Notes: generated by a model from the letters alone, not told the origin. A stretch of 64,000 nucleotides of DNA from Gammaproteobacteria bacterium (GCA_013001575.1 JABDMI010000029.1:4792-68791), one strand, 5' to 3'; shown: positions 19,751-29,445, numbered from the stretch's first letter. Translations and numbers: made by a program.

Positions 19751-21040
19751 TTAGAGTCGATATTCCACATAAGCTTCATCGCGTAGACGCTGCATCCAGA
19801 GCAAGGACTCTTCTTCAAATTTTTGTTCACGCAGAGCATTTCGGGCGCGATTACGCAATAAATCCTCAGCCATATCTTTTTCCCGTTTATCCTGAACTTC
19901 GAGAATATGCCAACCAAATTGGCTTCTAAAAGGTTCACTCACCTCTCCGATAGGCGTGGTTTTGATAACACCGGCAAAGCTTGGGTCATAAACATCGGTC
20001 ACAGACCAACCAAGTTCACCACCTTTGGTTGCTGAACCCGGGTCTTGTGAGTGCAAGCGAGCAAGTTCGGAAAAATCCGTACCTGACTCAATGTCTTGTT
20101 TCAGTTTGAGGAGTTTCTCTTTGTTTTCTTCGTCTGTGCCAAGATCAGAGTCGCTAATAAGAATGTGTCTGACCTTGTATTGTTCAATGATCTGCTCAGG
20201 TAATTCATTACCGCGCGTATCTTCGATCATGATCAGGTGAAAACCACTTGGACTGCGAATGACATCAGACACCTGATTAACCTCCAAGCTTCTGATCATG
20301 TCACTGAATATACTCGGTACCTGGGCTAAATTTCTCCAGCCAAGATTTCCGCCTTCCAGAGATTTGGCCCCGTTCGAATAGGCAATAGCCAATTTAGAAA
20401 AATTCTCTCCGTCTGCTATTCGCTGTTTAAGCGTATTGATAAGATTGAATTTTTTCTCGCGTAATTCCTCGGGTGCATCTTCATCAAGAGTCAACAGAAT
20501 GTGTTTGATCAAATATTCCTGATCGGCATTACCTTGGGAAATTAAACGTTCAACTTCTGCATCAGAAACCCGAATATTTCCACTCAATTCGCGTTGGGTT
20601 AATTGCTGGATTGTAATTTCCTGACGAATTTCTTCACGGAAAGTGGCGTAATCGACTCCATCAGCCGCCAATGCAGCGGGTAACTGGCTCAGGCTGGTGC
20701 CATTGCGTTGTGCGATTGTGGCTAAAGCCTGGTTAATCATTTCATCCGGGATACGTAAACCAGCATTGCGTGCTCTTTGCGTCTGGATCTTTTTAACAAT
20801 TAATTGCTCGAGAACTTGTTTGGCCACTTGTGCACGTGACGGCAACTGTTGTTGAGTTGCTTGCAAGCGTGCAATTACAACCCTTAATTCGGTTTCATAT
20901 TCGGATTGCAGAATGATGTCATCGTTTACTACGGCGACAATGCGATCCAGTAACTCTGCCTGAGCTGTTATACACAACAGAAAACTAGTAATTAATAAGC
21001 TGATTGTTTTGATAAATTTCATAAATAATATTTGTAGCAT
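19751..21040 (-). CDS. surA: Periplasmic chaperone SurA
   Basis: Signal peptide, DRIVAVVNDDIIL, and two parvulin PPIase domains (HILL, SLEGGNLGW; HILI, ATKGGELGW). Confidence 0.9.
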   Translation of the reverse strand: MLQILFMKFIKTISLLITSFLLCITAQAELLDRIVAVVNDDIILQSEYETELRVVIARLQATQQQLPSRAQVAKQVLEQLIVKKIQTQRARNAGLRIPDEMINQALATIAQRNGTSLSQLPAALAADGVDYATFREEIRQEITIQQLTQRELSGNIRVSDAEVERLISQGNADQEYLIKHILLTLDEDAPEELREKKFNLINTLKQRIADGENFSKLAIAYSNGAKSLEGGNLGWRNLAQVPSIFSDMIRSLEVNQVSDVIRSPSGFHLIMIEDTRGNELPEQIIEQYKVRHILISDSDLGTDEENKEKLLKLKQDIESGTDFSELARLHSQDPGSATKGGELGWSVTDVYDPSFAGVIKTTPIGEVSEPFRSQFGWHILEVQDKREKDMAEDLLRNRARNALREQKFEEESLLWMQRLRDEAYVEYRL

Positions 21041-21065
21041 GTTGAAAGGGTGTTAATTGATAAGT

Positions 21066-23225
21066 TTAAAATTCGTCAATAAAAATATTGTCCCGGAGTA
21101 ATTGATCTGCACGTGCTCCGACACTTGAGAGGCCTTTGAGTTCCAATTGTAACAGGAATGCATTGTCTGAGTTACCGTCACGGTCTGATATATACCGCCT
21201 CGAGATGGCTCTGAGACCCCAACAACAGGTGTCGTATTCAAGGCCCCAGTAGCGATCCAGTGTTACCTTGTTCAAACGATCATAATTCCAGCGCCCAACC
21301 AGATTCAAGCGTTGGTTCACGGGGTAACGAAAGGCTATGTCGGTCTGATCAACGCGGTCACGTACTGAGCGGTAGCCGGCAGAGAACATGCTTCTTTGGT
21401 CGGGGCTATAACTGAAAGCCAGGTTTCGTTTTTCGTGCTGGTCTTCGAAACCATCCCAGCTCAAGCCACTACGCATAGCCCACTTTTTATTCAGGCGCCA
21501 ATACGTTTCTGCAATTAATAATGATGAAGATTTTTGCGGCCCCGTGGCTGGATTAAGATTGACTTCACGATCCTTAAAAAATAATACTTGGCCCACATCA
21601 AAACGCAAACTTTGCCCGTTTGGGTTTTCCAATAAGCGTGAACTTAATCCAAGTGCAACTTGATGTGTATCGCCAATTCGATCAAGCCCGTTAAAGCGTC
21701 GTGGGTTAAATAACTGATTCTGGTTGAGGTCGGGCAGTCCAGTGTCAAAAATGGGTAATGCACTTTGGTTCCTGTAGGGAATGTATGTGTATTGCACCCG
21801 GGGCTCCAGAGTCTGCGGCAATGTACTGCCAGCAATCTCGCGTTCCAGATGCAGACGTGCATCCAGATTAACAATGGGCAAGGCACGCCCAGGTTTTGCG
21901 TCTAGGTCTTGTGCAGTATGTTGCAAATTGTATTGGGTTAAATTCATACCGACTAAGCCATTCAGACTAACCGCGCTATTTGACCATTCATATTGCAGTT
22001 GGGGGTAAATATGAAATCGTGAACCCTCGACTCCAATATCGCGTTGAAAATTGACCAGTTCATTGTCGAGTATAAAACTCAAACCTTCCAGACCCAGATT
22101 TTGCCATTTTGCATGTGTGGAAATTTGCGGTAAACGTTGGTAAGGCTCTTGAAAATTATCAATGCTGGGATTGATGACCTGATAATCCTGGATCAGGGAA
22201 TTCACGGTCCAACGTTTGCCATAATAGTCAAGCGAAATTTCGCGATTCAAGTTGGTGATAGTTGTTGTGCTAAGGTCACCGCCGAAATCAATAAAGTAAT
22301 TATTGTCTGAAACGTTTTGAATATTAATAGCCGCATCCCAATTCGGTCCGTAACGAAAATCGTTATTCCAGGTAAATTTATTCCTGTCAATATTGCGTTT
22401 AGAATCGGAAGCCAGGTAATCGAATTCGATGATGCCATTCGAAAAATTGTTAATATAGCGAAACTCATTGCCCAGTTGAATACCGCGATCACCTAATAGT
22501 CGGGTGGTGCTGGTCATGTCCATATTGGGGCGAATATTCCAGTAGTAAGGAATTCCAATCTCTAAGCCACTCTTGCCAGAATTGCCTATATTGGGAATAA
22601 GAAAGCCGGACTTTCTCTGGTTGTTGATCGGGAAGGTAAAATACGGAAGATACATCAACGGGATATCGGCAAACTCTAGGCGTACACCACGTGCCGTTCC
22701 TCGTTGCTTATTCTGGTCGAGCGTGATCTCTTCTCCGATCAGTTGCCAGCCACTGTGGTCTTTGGGACATGAGCTGTAACTAACACCTTTGAGGGTTTGA
22801 ACACCATTTTCTTGTAAATTCAGTTCTTTTGCAGCGCCACGCGTACCGTCCTTGAACTCGAATTCTGCATTTTTAAAATTGGCGGTTCGCTTTTTGAGAT
22901 CAAAATCTGCTGTTAATCCATTGATCGAGCCGCTTTCACTCGAGAGTGATACTTGACCCGGCGTTGTGAATTTTCCGGTTTGGGAGTTATATTCGGCAAT
23001 ATCGGTATGTATGGTTTGCCCTTGATAATGCAATTCAACTTCTTTTTTCAGACTAAAGCGGTTTTTCGTGCCATCTACTTCACGGGCATATACCAGGATT
23101 TTTTCCGGTTTCGCTTCAGAGGCCACTGATTCTGAATCTTGTACCTCTGCTATCACACATTCATTTGCATAACTGAATGAAGCCAGGATTAAGTAAATGC
23201 TTAGTAGGAAGAATTTTTTTGGCAT
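21066..23225 (-). CDS. lptD: LPS-assembly protein LptD
   Basis: 719-aa outer-membrane beta-barrel with a signal peptide and a C-terminal aromatic residue. Conserved lptD-surA-pdxA order. Confidence 0.9.
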   Translation of the reverse strand: MPKKFFLLSIYLILASFSYANECVIAEVQDSESVASEAKPEKILVYAREVDGTKNRFSLKKEVELHYQGQTIHTDIAEYNSQTGKFTTPGQVSLSSESGSINGLTADFDLKKRTANFKNAEFEFKDGTRGAAKELNLQENGVQTLKGVSYSSCPKDHSGWQLIGEEITLDQNKQRGTARGVRLEFADIPLMYLPYFTFPINNQRKSGFLIPNIGNSGKSGLEIGIPYYWNIRPNMDMTSTTRLLGDRGIQLGNEFRYINNFSNGIIEFDYLASDSKRNIDRNKFTWNNDFRYGPNWDAAINIQNVSDNNYFIDFGGDLSTTTITNLNREISLDYYGKRWTVNSLIQDYQVINPSIDNFQEPYQRLPQISTHAKWQNLGLEGLSFILDNELVNFQRDIGVEGSRFHIYPQLQYEWSNSAVSLNGLVGMNLTQYNLQHTAQDLDAKPGRALPIVNLDARLHLEREIAGSTLPQTLEPRVQYTYIPYRNQSALPIFDTGLPDLNQNQLFNPRRFNGLDRIGDTHQVALGLSSRLLENPNGQSLRFDVGQVLFFKDREVNLNPATGPQKSSSLLIAETYWRLNKKWAMRSGLSWDGFEDQHEKRNLAFSYSPDQRSMFSAGYRSVRDRVDQTDIAFRYPVNQRLNLVGRWNYDRLNKVTLDRYWGLEYDTCCWGLRAISRRYISDRDGNSDNAFLLQLELKGLSSVGARADQLLRDNIFIDEF

Positions 23226-23248
23226 TGTTAGGTAATATTTTTGTCCAA

Positions 23249-23269
23249 TCTGACCAGTGGTAGGTCAGA
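23249..23269. promoter_or_regulatory. Perfect inverted repeat TCTGACC-N7-GGTCAGA in the lptD/amgK divergent intergenic region
   Basis: Read directly from the sequence. It lies 5 bp upstream of a consensus TATAAT (23275-23280) oriented toward amgK. Confidence 0.3.
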
Positions 23270-23362
23270 CCATTTATAATATTGCTTGGTTCCGGAATAC
23301 GTATGCAAACAGTTGAGTAATTATAATCTTTTTAGACCGCGTAAGCTTTAATTTCAATTTAA

Positions 23363-24403
23363 ATGAGAACTTTCATCGCATCAGAAAATACAACTTCACA
23401 TATGTCTGAAGACCCGCGCATTAAGCAATTGATGGGTTGGTTGGGTGAGCTTGGCTATGCAGATTTCACTTTGCGACCAGCGTCTGCTGACGCGAGTTTC
23501 CGTCGCTATTTCAGACTGACCCTGGAGTCGGGGAAAAACATGATTGTGATGGATGCGCCGCCAAATAAGGAGCCATTAAGTCCTTTTATTGATATCGCCA
23601 GTGACTGGGCGCGTGGCAAGATCGGCGTGCCAGATCTTTACAAGGTGTCTGAGTCGAATGGCTTCATCTTGATGCAAGACCTCGGCAGTGAAACGTTTTT
23701 GGATAATCTGAACGCAGCAAATCGCACTGATCTGTATAAGTTAGCCATTGATGAATTACTCAAGATCCAGGCGTATCAGGCACAATTTTCCCTTCCAGAG
23801 TATTCGGAAACACTCTTAAATACAGAAATGCATTTGTTTACAGACTGGTTTCTGGCAAAACACTGTCAGAAAAAACCGCTTAAAGATAGATTGAATTATT
23901 TACACAGTCTATTCGCCAAATTGCGAAAAAATGCACTCGCGCAAAAACATCTTTTAGTGCATCGCGATTATCATTCCAGGAATTTGATGATGAATGCGGG
24001 GCAACTTGGTGTGATCGATTTTCAAGATGCGGTAATTGGTCCAGTGAGCTACGACCTGGTTTCCTTGTTAAAAGATTGTTATATCAAGCTCGAGCCTGAA
24101 TTTCGCAAAGAATTGTTGGCATATTACTGGGAAAAGGCAAACCAGAGGGGTATTTTAAAGGGGCAAACTATTCAGCAATTTACTTATGAACTGGATTTGA
24201 TGGGAGTGCAAAGGCATTTAAAAGCTATCGGAATCTTTTGCCGCTTGAATTATCGTGATGGCAAAGCGCAGTATTTGCATGATATACCCAGAACTGCAAG
24301 TTATATAGTCGACCTGAAAAAACTTTACCCTGAATTACACGAGCTGTCTGAGATATTGTTGGAAAATATTCCTGAATTGACTTCTGGCGTAGCTCTACAA
24401 TGA
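23363..24403 (+). CDS. amgK: Aminoglycoside-phosphotransferase-fold kinase, AmgK-like (anomeric MurNAc/GlcNAc kinase)
   Basis: ASFRRYFRL, catalytic HRDYHSRNLM, and IDFQDA. It is divergent from lptD and overlaps murU, as in Pseudomonas. Confidence 0.75.
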   Translation: MRTFIASENTTSHMSEDPRIKQLMGWLGELGYADFTLRPASADASFRRYFRLTLESGKNMIVMDAPPNKEPLSPFIDIASDWARGKIGVPDLYKVSESNGFILMQDLGSETFLDNLNAANRTDLYKLAIDELLKIQAYQAQFSLPEYSETLLNTEMHLFTDWFLAKHCQKKPLKDRLNYLHSLFAKLRKNALAQKHLLVHRDYHSRNLMMNAGQLGVIDFQDAVIGPVSYDLVSLLKDCYIKLEPEFRKELLAYYWEKANQRGILKGQTIQQFTYELDLMGVQRHLKAIGIFCRLNYRDGKAQYLHDIPRTASYIVDLKKLYPELHELSEILLENIPELTSGVALQ

Positions 24404-25104
24404 CTATGCGTGCAATGATTCTCGCTGCAGGACGTGGAGTGCGTTTAAGTCCCTTAACGGATACAAAACCCAAGCCTTTGATCAGGGTTGGAGAAAAATG
24501 TTTGATCGAATATCAGATTGAAGCATTACACAAAGCCGGTATCCAAGACATTGTGATAAATACCGGATGGCTCGGACAGCAACTGATCGACCACTTGGGC
24601 AGCGGGAGTCGTTACAAAGTTAATCTCGAGTATTCAATCGAGCCGGAATCCGGTCTTGAAACCGGGGGTGGAATTTATCAGGCCTTGCCATTATTAGGCA
24701 ATAAGCCTTTTATAGTCGTGAATGCAGACATATTCCACCAGTTCGATCTCGAGGGACTGGGTCATGATCTGGACGCTGACACACTTGCTCATTTGGTTCT
24801 GGTAGAAAATCCAAGTTTTAATCCTGGCGGTGATTTTTGCATGCTGGAAAATAAGGTGTTTCTAAAAGATCCAGCGTTGCCGGATAGTCATGATCATGCA
24901 GATAAAAAATCCTATACATTTTCCGGAATTGGCGTATACAGACCAGAATTATTCATTGAATTGCGCCCCGGAAAATTTCCCTTGGCGCCACTTTTGAAAG
25001 CGGCCATTCGACGTGCCCGAGTCACGGGAGAATTCACAGCAGCGCGTTGGTTTGACGCCGGAACCGAATCACGCATTGCCGAGATCGAGCGTTTTATTCG
25101 CTAG
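24400..25104 (+). CDS. murU: Nucleotidyltransferase, MurU-like (MurNAc-1-P uridylyltransferase)
   Basis: AMILAAGRGVRLSPLTDTKPKPL sugar-nucleotidyltransferase motif. The start overlaps the amgK stop. Confidence 0.75.
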   Translation: MTMRAMILAAGRGVRLSPLTDTKPKPLIRVGEKCLIEYQIEALHKAGIQDIVINTGWLGQQLIDHLGSGSRYKVNLEYSIEPESGLETGGGIYQALPLLGNKPFIVVNADIFHQFDLEGLGHDLDADTLAHLVLVENPSFNPGGDFCMLENKVFLKDPALPDSHDHADKKSYTFSGIGVYRPELFIELRPGKFPLAPLLKAAIRRARVTGEFTAARWFDAGTESRIAEIERFIR

Positions 25105-25759
25105 TCATAACCGCCTGTTGCCCACCTTTGAGTTTGTTGGGCACACTTTCACGACTGGCTTTAGGCACATTCAGGCGACTCTCGTCAAAAGGATGCCATT
25201 CGTATTTATCGCCTTTAACATAGGTGTAAGTTAACTTTCCCGAGCTGCGCCATGCATCCAGCACCACCCCGGCGTAGAAATCTTGACCAATCGCAGTAAC
25301 CACAGGGGAGCTGTGCTCTAAGGGATAGCTGCTGCCTTCATTGGCGATACCCCAATGGAATTGCATGGTTTTATAATTTTTTTCTCTTAGCATTGTGATC
25401 AGGTCATAACAGAAATGAATGCACAGACCTCGTGGGCGATATCCATAATTGACCAGGACATTGTGCCAAACCGGAGGCCAAGTCAGGTTAAATTCCTTGG
25501 CTAAGGACATCGCTCTGAAAACTGAACTTTCAGCTAGGTCACGCGCTTCTATCGGGTCAATACTTTCATCCAGGCTCAGCACAAGTTCGAAGACTTCATC
25601 CACTCTTTGTTGATAAAGCTCAGGCGTATCTTCAATATTCAAGCCAACCAGTTGACCGGTGTCATCGGTTTCAATATCACCATATTGAATTGGCACACAA
25701 GCACTTAGGACGAAAGCAGTGATAAGAAATAATAATCGTGTAAGAATAGTTTTTTGCAT
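25094..25759 (-). CDS. Lipoprotein of unknown function
   Basis: Signal peptide with lipobox LSAC. No family was recognised. Its 3' end overlaps the murU 3' end by 11 bp (convergent). Confidence 0.5.
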   Translation of the reverse strand: MQKTILTRLLFLITAFVLSACVPIQYGDIETDDTGQLVGLNIEDTPELYQQRVDEVFELVLSLDESIDPIEARDLAESSVFRAMSLAKEFNLTWPPVWHNVLVNYGYRPRGLCIHFCYDLITMLREKNYKTMQFHWGIANEGSSYPLEHSSPVVTAIGQDFYAGVVLDAWRSSGKLTYTYVKGDKYEWHPFDESRLNVPKASRESVPNKLKGGQQAVMTSE

Positions 25760-25863
25760 GGTTATATCTAGTGGTTTAGTTATCGGATCAAGAGGTTAGA
25801 AAGTAGAAACCTTTAAAGAGCTAAAATATTACTAAAAAATTTTAATATGGCAAAATCCAAGAC

Positions 25864-25900
25864 AAAAAAAAGCAGCCCCGCTAGGCGAGGCTGCTATTTT
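25864..25900 (-). terminator. Rho-independent terminator downstream of the repeat lipoprotein gene
   Basis: Stem GCAGCC / GGCTGC with an 11-nt loop. On the minus strand it is followed by an 8-T run. A weaker T-run on the plus strand makes it possibly bidirectional. Confidence 0.75.
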
Positions 25901-25924
25901 AAGCGTTTTGTCTAACTAACGCTA

Positions 25925-28165
25925 TTAGTCTAAGTCAAGACCCAACTCTCTGATCACACGCAGTGTGATGTATTTCGAAGTTGTTGAGACTGGCAGACCT
26001 TTTTTACGCGCGTAACATTCGTTAGCACCACGATAGGTACATGGACCAATGATACCGTCAATGCGGCACTCGTAGCAGCCAACAGCTTTCAGGGCTGTTT
26101 GCAGCTTACGGATGTTTGCATTGGTCATGTTCACGTCACACAGAACCGGGCGCCATTCTGAACGCTCGTCTGAAACTTTAACGTTACGCGTAATAGTTTC
26201 GTATTCCGCAGGAATAGGAATGCTGCGTGTTGAAGCTGGAGTGTCAACGACTTGCTTGGATACAGTTTTGTAAACCGCAGGAACGGTTTCAGTACGGTAT
26301 GAAGCAGGTTTGGTGACAACGCGACGGGATACAGACTTGTACTCGGCAGGAATGTTGATCTCACGCTGTGAAGCTGGGGTATCAACCACTTGCTTGGTTA
26401 CCGTTTTGTATACCGCAGGAACCGGGATCTCGCGAGTTGAAGCAGGCTTGACCACAATTGTGGTGTCAACATTTGCATACTCGGCAGGAATCTCGATAGT
26501 GCGTGAAGACGCAGGTGTATCTACCACTTGCTTGGTTACTGTTTTGTAAACCGCAGGTACTGCAATTTCACGCGTTGTCGCAGGTTTGACCACTGTAGTA
26601 GTGTCAACGTTAGCGTACTCGGCTGGAATTTCGATAGTGCGGCTAGAAGCAGGCTTAACCAATACTTGTTTAGTAACTGTCGCATACTCAGCAGGAACTT
26701 CGATCTCACGAGTTGATTCAGGTGTGATCAACTTGGTGGTATCAACGTTTGCATACTCGGCAGGAATTTCGATAGTACGGCTGGAAGCAGGCTTAACCAA
26801 AACTTGACGGGTAACTGTACGGTACTCGGCAGGAATTTCTACCAAACACATTACTTCACCAGTGTCATTGGTTTTAGTTTCAACAACAGTTCCACCAAAA
26901 CGCTCAACAAAACTACCAACGGTTACGTTAGTTGCTGCTGAACCTACGCCAGAACCAGAACCACCACCGGTACCAGTAGAGCGTTTCCATTCTGTACGAG
27001 CAGGGCGAACCATAACTTGCTCAGACTCGGTGCGGTATTCGGCAGGAATAGTTTCGATACGGGTTGAGGCTGCACGAACCATTACACGCTCAGAACCAGG
27101 ACCGTATTGAGCAGGAATAACTTCAGTACGAGTTGTTGCTGGAGAAACCAGAACACGCTCGGTTACTGTTTTATATTCTGCAGGGATAGTTTCGATACGA
27201 GTAGATGCTGCACGAACCAAAACACGCTCTGTACCACTACCGTATTGAGCAGGAACTACTTCAGTACGAGTAGATGCCGGTTGAACCAGCACTTGCTCGG
27301 TTACAGTTTTGTAAGTAGCAGGAATGGTTTCGATACGAGTTGATGCTGCACGAACCAGGACACGCTCACTACCTTTGCCGTATTGGGCAGGGATAACTTC
27401 TGTGCGTGTTGAAGCTGGTTGAACCAGAACTTGCTCGGTTACAGTTTTGTAAGTAGCAGGAATGGTTTCGATGCGAGTTGACGCTTCACGTACCAGAACT
27501 TGATCTGACTCAGAGCCATATACTGCTGGAATAGGAATACGTTTTTCAAAGGCAGGCTTAACCAGTACTTGCTCGGTTACAGTTTTGTATGTAGCAGGAA
27601 TAGTTTCGATGCGCTCGGAAGCTTCACGACGAACTACCTTCTCGGATACTGTATTGTAGTTAGCAGGAATGATCACACGAGCGTAACACTCGCCTGGCTT
27701 GGCATTCGGTGGGAACAAGTCGTTGCTACCACAGTTAGGACCACAAACTTCCTTAACCATTGGCTCAACATTCTTGGCCATTGCCAATTCACGACGTAAA
27801 CGGTCGATCTCGGCTTTCAGAGGACCAGTGTTATCTACTGGAGCAGGTGCTGCAGCAACGGGAGCCGCTTGTTGCGAACCGGCAGCTTGACCAGCAGATT
27901 GTGAACCGGCTGATTGACCAGCGGATTGTGAACCGGCTGATTGACCAGCGGATTGTGAACCGGCTGATTGACCAGCAGATTGTGAACCGGCTGATTGACT
28001 AGCAGATTGTGAACCGGCTGATTGACTCGCTGATTGACTTGCTGCTGATTGTGATCCCGCTGACTGACTTGCCGCTGTCTGCGAGCCAGTGCTCGACTGA
28101 GCACAACCAGCCAATGCGACTGCGGCAGCAGAGACGAGCAGGATATTGACTGCACGAAGTTTCAT
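25925..28165 (-). CDS. Repeat-rich lipoprotein with a C-terminal peptidoglycan-binding (PG_binding_1-like) domain
   Basis: ATG at 28165 is preceded by GGAGGG; the tracked TTG at 28180 lies inside that RBS. Lipobox LAGC. The protein has SQ/AG linker repeats, a short coiled-coil segment (LKAEIDRLRRELAMAK), 20 [IV]PAxY 23-aa repeats, and C-terminal IRKLQTALKAVGCYECRIDGIIGPCT..ARKKGLP. Confidence 0.8.
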   Translation of the reverse strand: MKLRAVNILLVSAAAVALAGCAQSSTGSQTAASQSAGSQSAASQSASQSAGSQSASQSAGSQSAGQSAGSQSAGQSAGSQSAGQSAGSQSAGQAAGSQQAAPVAAAPAPVDNTGPLKAEIDRLRRELAMAKNVEPMVKEVCGPNCGSNDLFPPNAKPGECYARVIIPANYNTVSEKVVRREASERIETIPATYKTVTEQVLVKPAFEKRIPIPAVYGSESDQVLVREASTRIETIPATYKTVTEQVLVQPASTRTEVIPAQYGKGSERVLVRAASTRIETIPATYKTVTEQVLVQPASTRTEVVPAQYGSGTERVLVRAASTRIETIPAEYKTVTERVLVSPATTRTEVIPAQYGPGSERVMVRAASTRIETIPAEYRTESEQVMVRPARTEWKRSTGTGGGSGSGVGSAATNVTVGSFVERFGGTVVETKTNDTGEVMCLVEIPAEYRTVTRQVLVKPASSRTIEIPAEYANVDTTKLITPESTREIEVPAEYATVTKQVLVKPASSRTIEIPAEYANVDTTTVVKPATTREIAVPAVYKTVTKQVVDTPASSRTIEIPAEYANVDTTIVVKPASTREIPVPAVYKTVTKQVVDTPASQREINIPAEYKSVSRRVVTKPASYRTETVPAVYKTVSKQVVDTPASTRSIPIPAEYETITRNVKVSDERSEWRPVLCDVNMTNANIRKLQTALKAVGCYECRIDGIIGPCTYRGANECYARKKGLPVSTTSKYITLRVIRELGLDLD
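26153..27688 (-). repeat. 69-bp (23-codon) coding repeats in two blocks of ten units
   Basis: Block 1 covers aa 165-397 and block 2 covers aa 448-676 of the tracked ORF. Each block ends in a (T/S)EW(K/R) motif. Adjacent units alternate, giving a 46-aa super-repeat. Confidence 0.85.
27866..28090 (-). repeat. 27-bp near-perfect tandem repeat encoding an AGSQSAGQS-type linker
   Basis: The plus strand shows ggattgtgaaccggctgattgaccagc repeated head-to-tail several times with few substitutions. Confidence 0.85.
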
Positions 28166-28253
28166 TGTTTTACCCTCCAAGGTAAATCCCCAAATAAAAA
28201 AAATGGCACCGCCTATGAAAAAGACAGCACACCATTAGCTATAAAGCCTGTGT

Positions 28254-28282
28254 ACTTTAACAGATTAGACAGGTACTTGAAA
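28254..28282 (-). promoter_or_regulatory. Candidate sigma70 promoter for the repeat lipoprotein gene
   Basis: The minus strand reads TTTCAA-N17-TAAAGT about 90 nt upstream of the ATG. The match is weak and judged by eye only. Confidence 0.25.
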
Positions 28283-28455
28283 CAAAATCACCACATAAGT
28301 TCATCGTTGTTTACGTTCTAGGGTGAAATGCACACAACACTGATTTTTATGGGATTTTTAACAATTTCGCCCGGTCTGATAAATGCGCTTCTGTGAAGCT
28401 CATCACAATTTATAAAAACGAAAAATTAAACAGTGTTGCAAATAAACAACTGAAA

Positions 28456-29445
28456 TCAGCTTGCCCGATCCCCGAATTTGTTTTCTGCTTGTAAATCAGC
28501 ATGATATGAACTCCTTACCAAGGGTCCACTAGCAACATGTGTGAACCCCAGCTCATATCCGGTTTCTTCCAGTCGTTTGAATTCTTGTGGAGTCCAGTAG
28601 CGGGTGACCGGCAAATGGTGGCGACTGGGTTGTAAATATTGGCCAACCGTGAGCATATCGACATTGTGATTGCGCAAATCCTGCATAACCTCAATAACCT
28701 CATCATAGGTCTCGTCTATTCCCACCATAATCCCGGATTTTGTGGTAATTTCGGGATTTTGCGCTTTAAATTTTGCCAATAGATCCAGTGAATGCTGATA
28801 ATCCGAACCCGGGCGAACTTTTCGATAAATACGCGGAACGGTTTCCAGATTGTGATTGAATACATCGGGCAAGGCTTTGCGGCTTATTTCCAAAGCTTTA
28901 TCCAGGCGTCCTCTGAAATCCGGTACTAATACTTCAATTTTCACCTCAGGGGTGCGTGTCCGGATAGCTTGAATGCAATCAACAAAGTGTTGCGCACCTC
29001 CATCGAGTAGATCATCGCGATCTACCGAGGTAATTACGACATAGCGCAAATCCATGTCCTGAATGGTTTTGGACAGGTTTTCAGGTTCATGCGCATCAAG
29101 GGCATTTGGCCGACCATGCGCCACATCGCAAAAAGAGCATCGCCTGGTGCATATGTCGCCCATGATCATAAAAGTCGCTGTGCCTTTGGTGAAACATTCC
29201 GTCAGGTTTGGGCAGCTTGCTTCTTCACACACCGTAACCAGATTATTATCACGCAGCTTTTGCTTAAGTGCGTCAACCTTGTTACTCAGTGGCAATTTCA
29301 CTCGTATCCAGTCGGGCTTACGCAGTGGCTTAATTGTTGGTTCAATCTTTACAGGAATGCGGGCCATTTTTTCAGCGGCCGTCATTTTTTTGCCGGCCTC
29401 GAGTTTTTTCGGGCGAGCGCCAGTAGTTTGGTCAGAAGTAGTCAT
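28456..29445 (-). CDS. lipA: Lipoyl synthase
   Basis: [13 protein letters not shown] and radical-SAM CTRRCSFC. Confidence 0.95.
   Translation of the reverse strand: MTTSDQTTGARPKKLEAGKKMTAAEKMARIPVKIEPTIKPLRKPDWIRVKLPLSNKVDALKQKLRDNNLVTVCEEASCPNLTECFTKGTATFMIMGDICTRRCSFCDVAHGRPNALDAHEPENLSKTIQDMDLRYVVITSVDRDDLLDGGAQHFVDCIQAIRTRTPEVKIEVLVPDFRGRLDKALEISRKALPDVFNHNLETVPRIYRKVRPGSDYQHSLDLLAKFKAQNPEITTKSGIMVGIDETYDEVIEVMQDLRNHNVDMLTVGQYLQPSRHHLPVTRYWTPQEFKRLEETGYELGFTHVASGPLVRSSYHADLQAENKFGDRAS

Noticed and set aside
26310-28002. A series of plus-strand ORFs of 62-82 aa (for example 26310-26549, 26586-26807, 27107-27343, 27760-28002), plus an alternative-frame minus-strand ORF (27835-28155), all across the repeat lipoprotein gene.
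   Set aside because: They are frame-shifted or antisense readings of the 69-bp and 27-bp coding repeats. Their repetitive sequences mirror the main frame, and they lack RBS or any independent signal.
26153-28090. Regularly spaced repeats that could be mistaken for a CRISPR array.
   Set aside because: The repeats are contiguous with no unique spacers. Their periods are multiples of three, and they lie inside one long ORF with coherent protein-level periodicity. They are coding tandem repeats.
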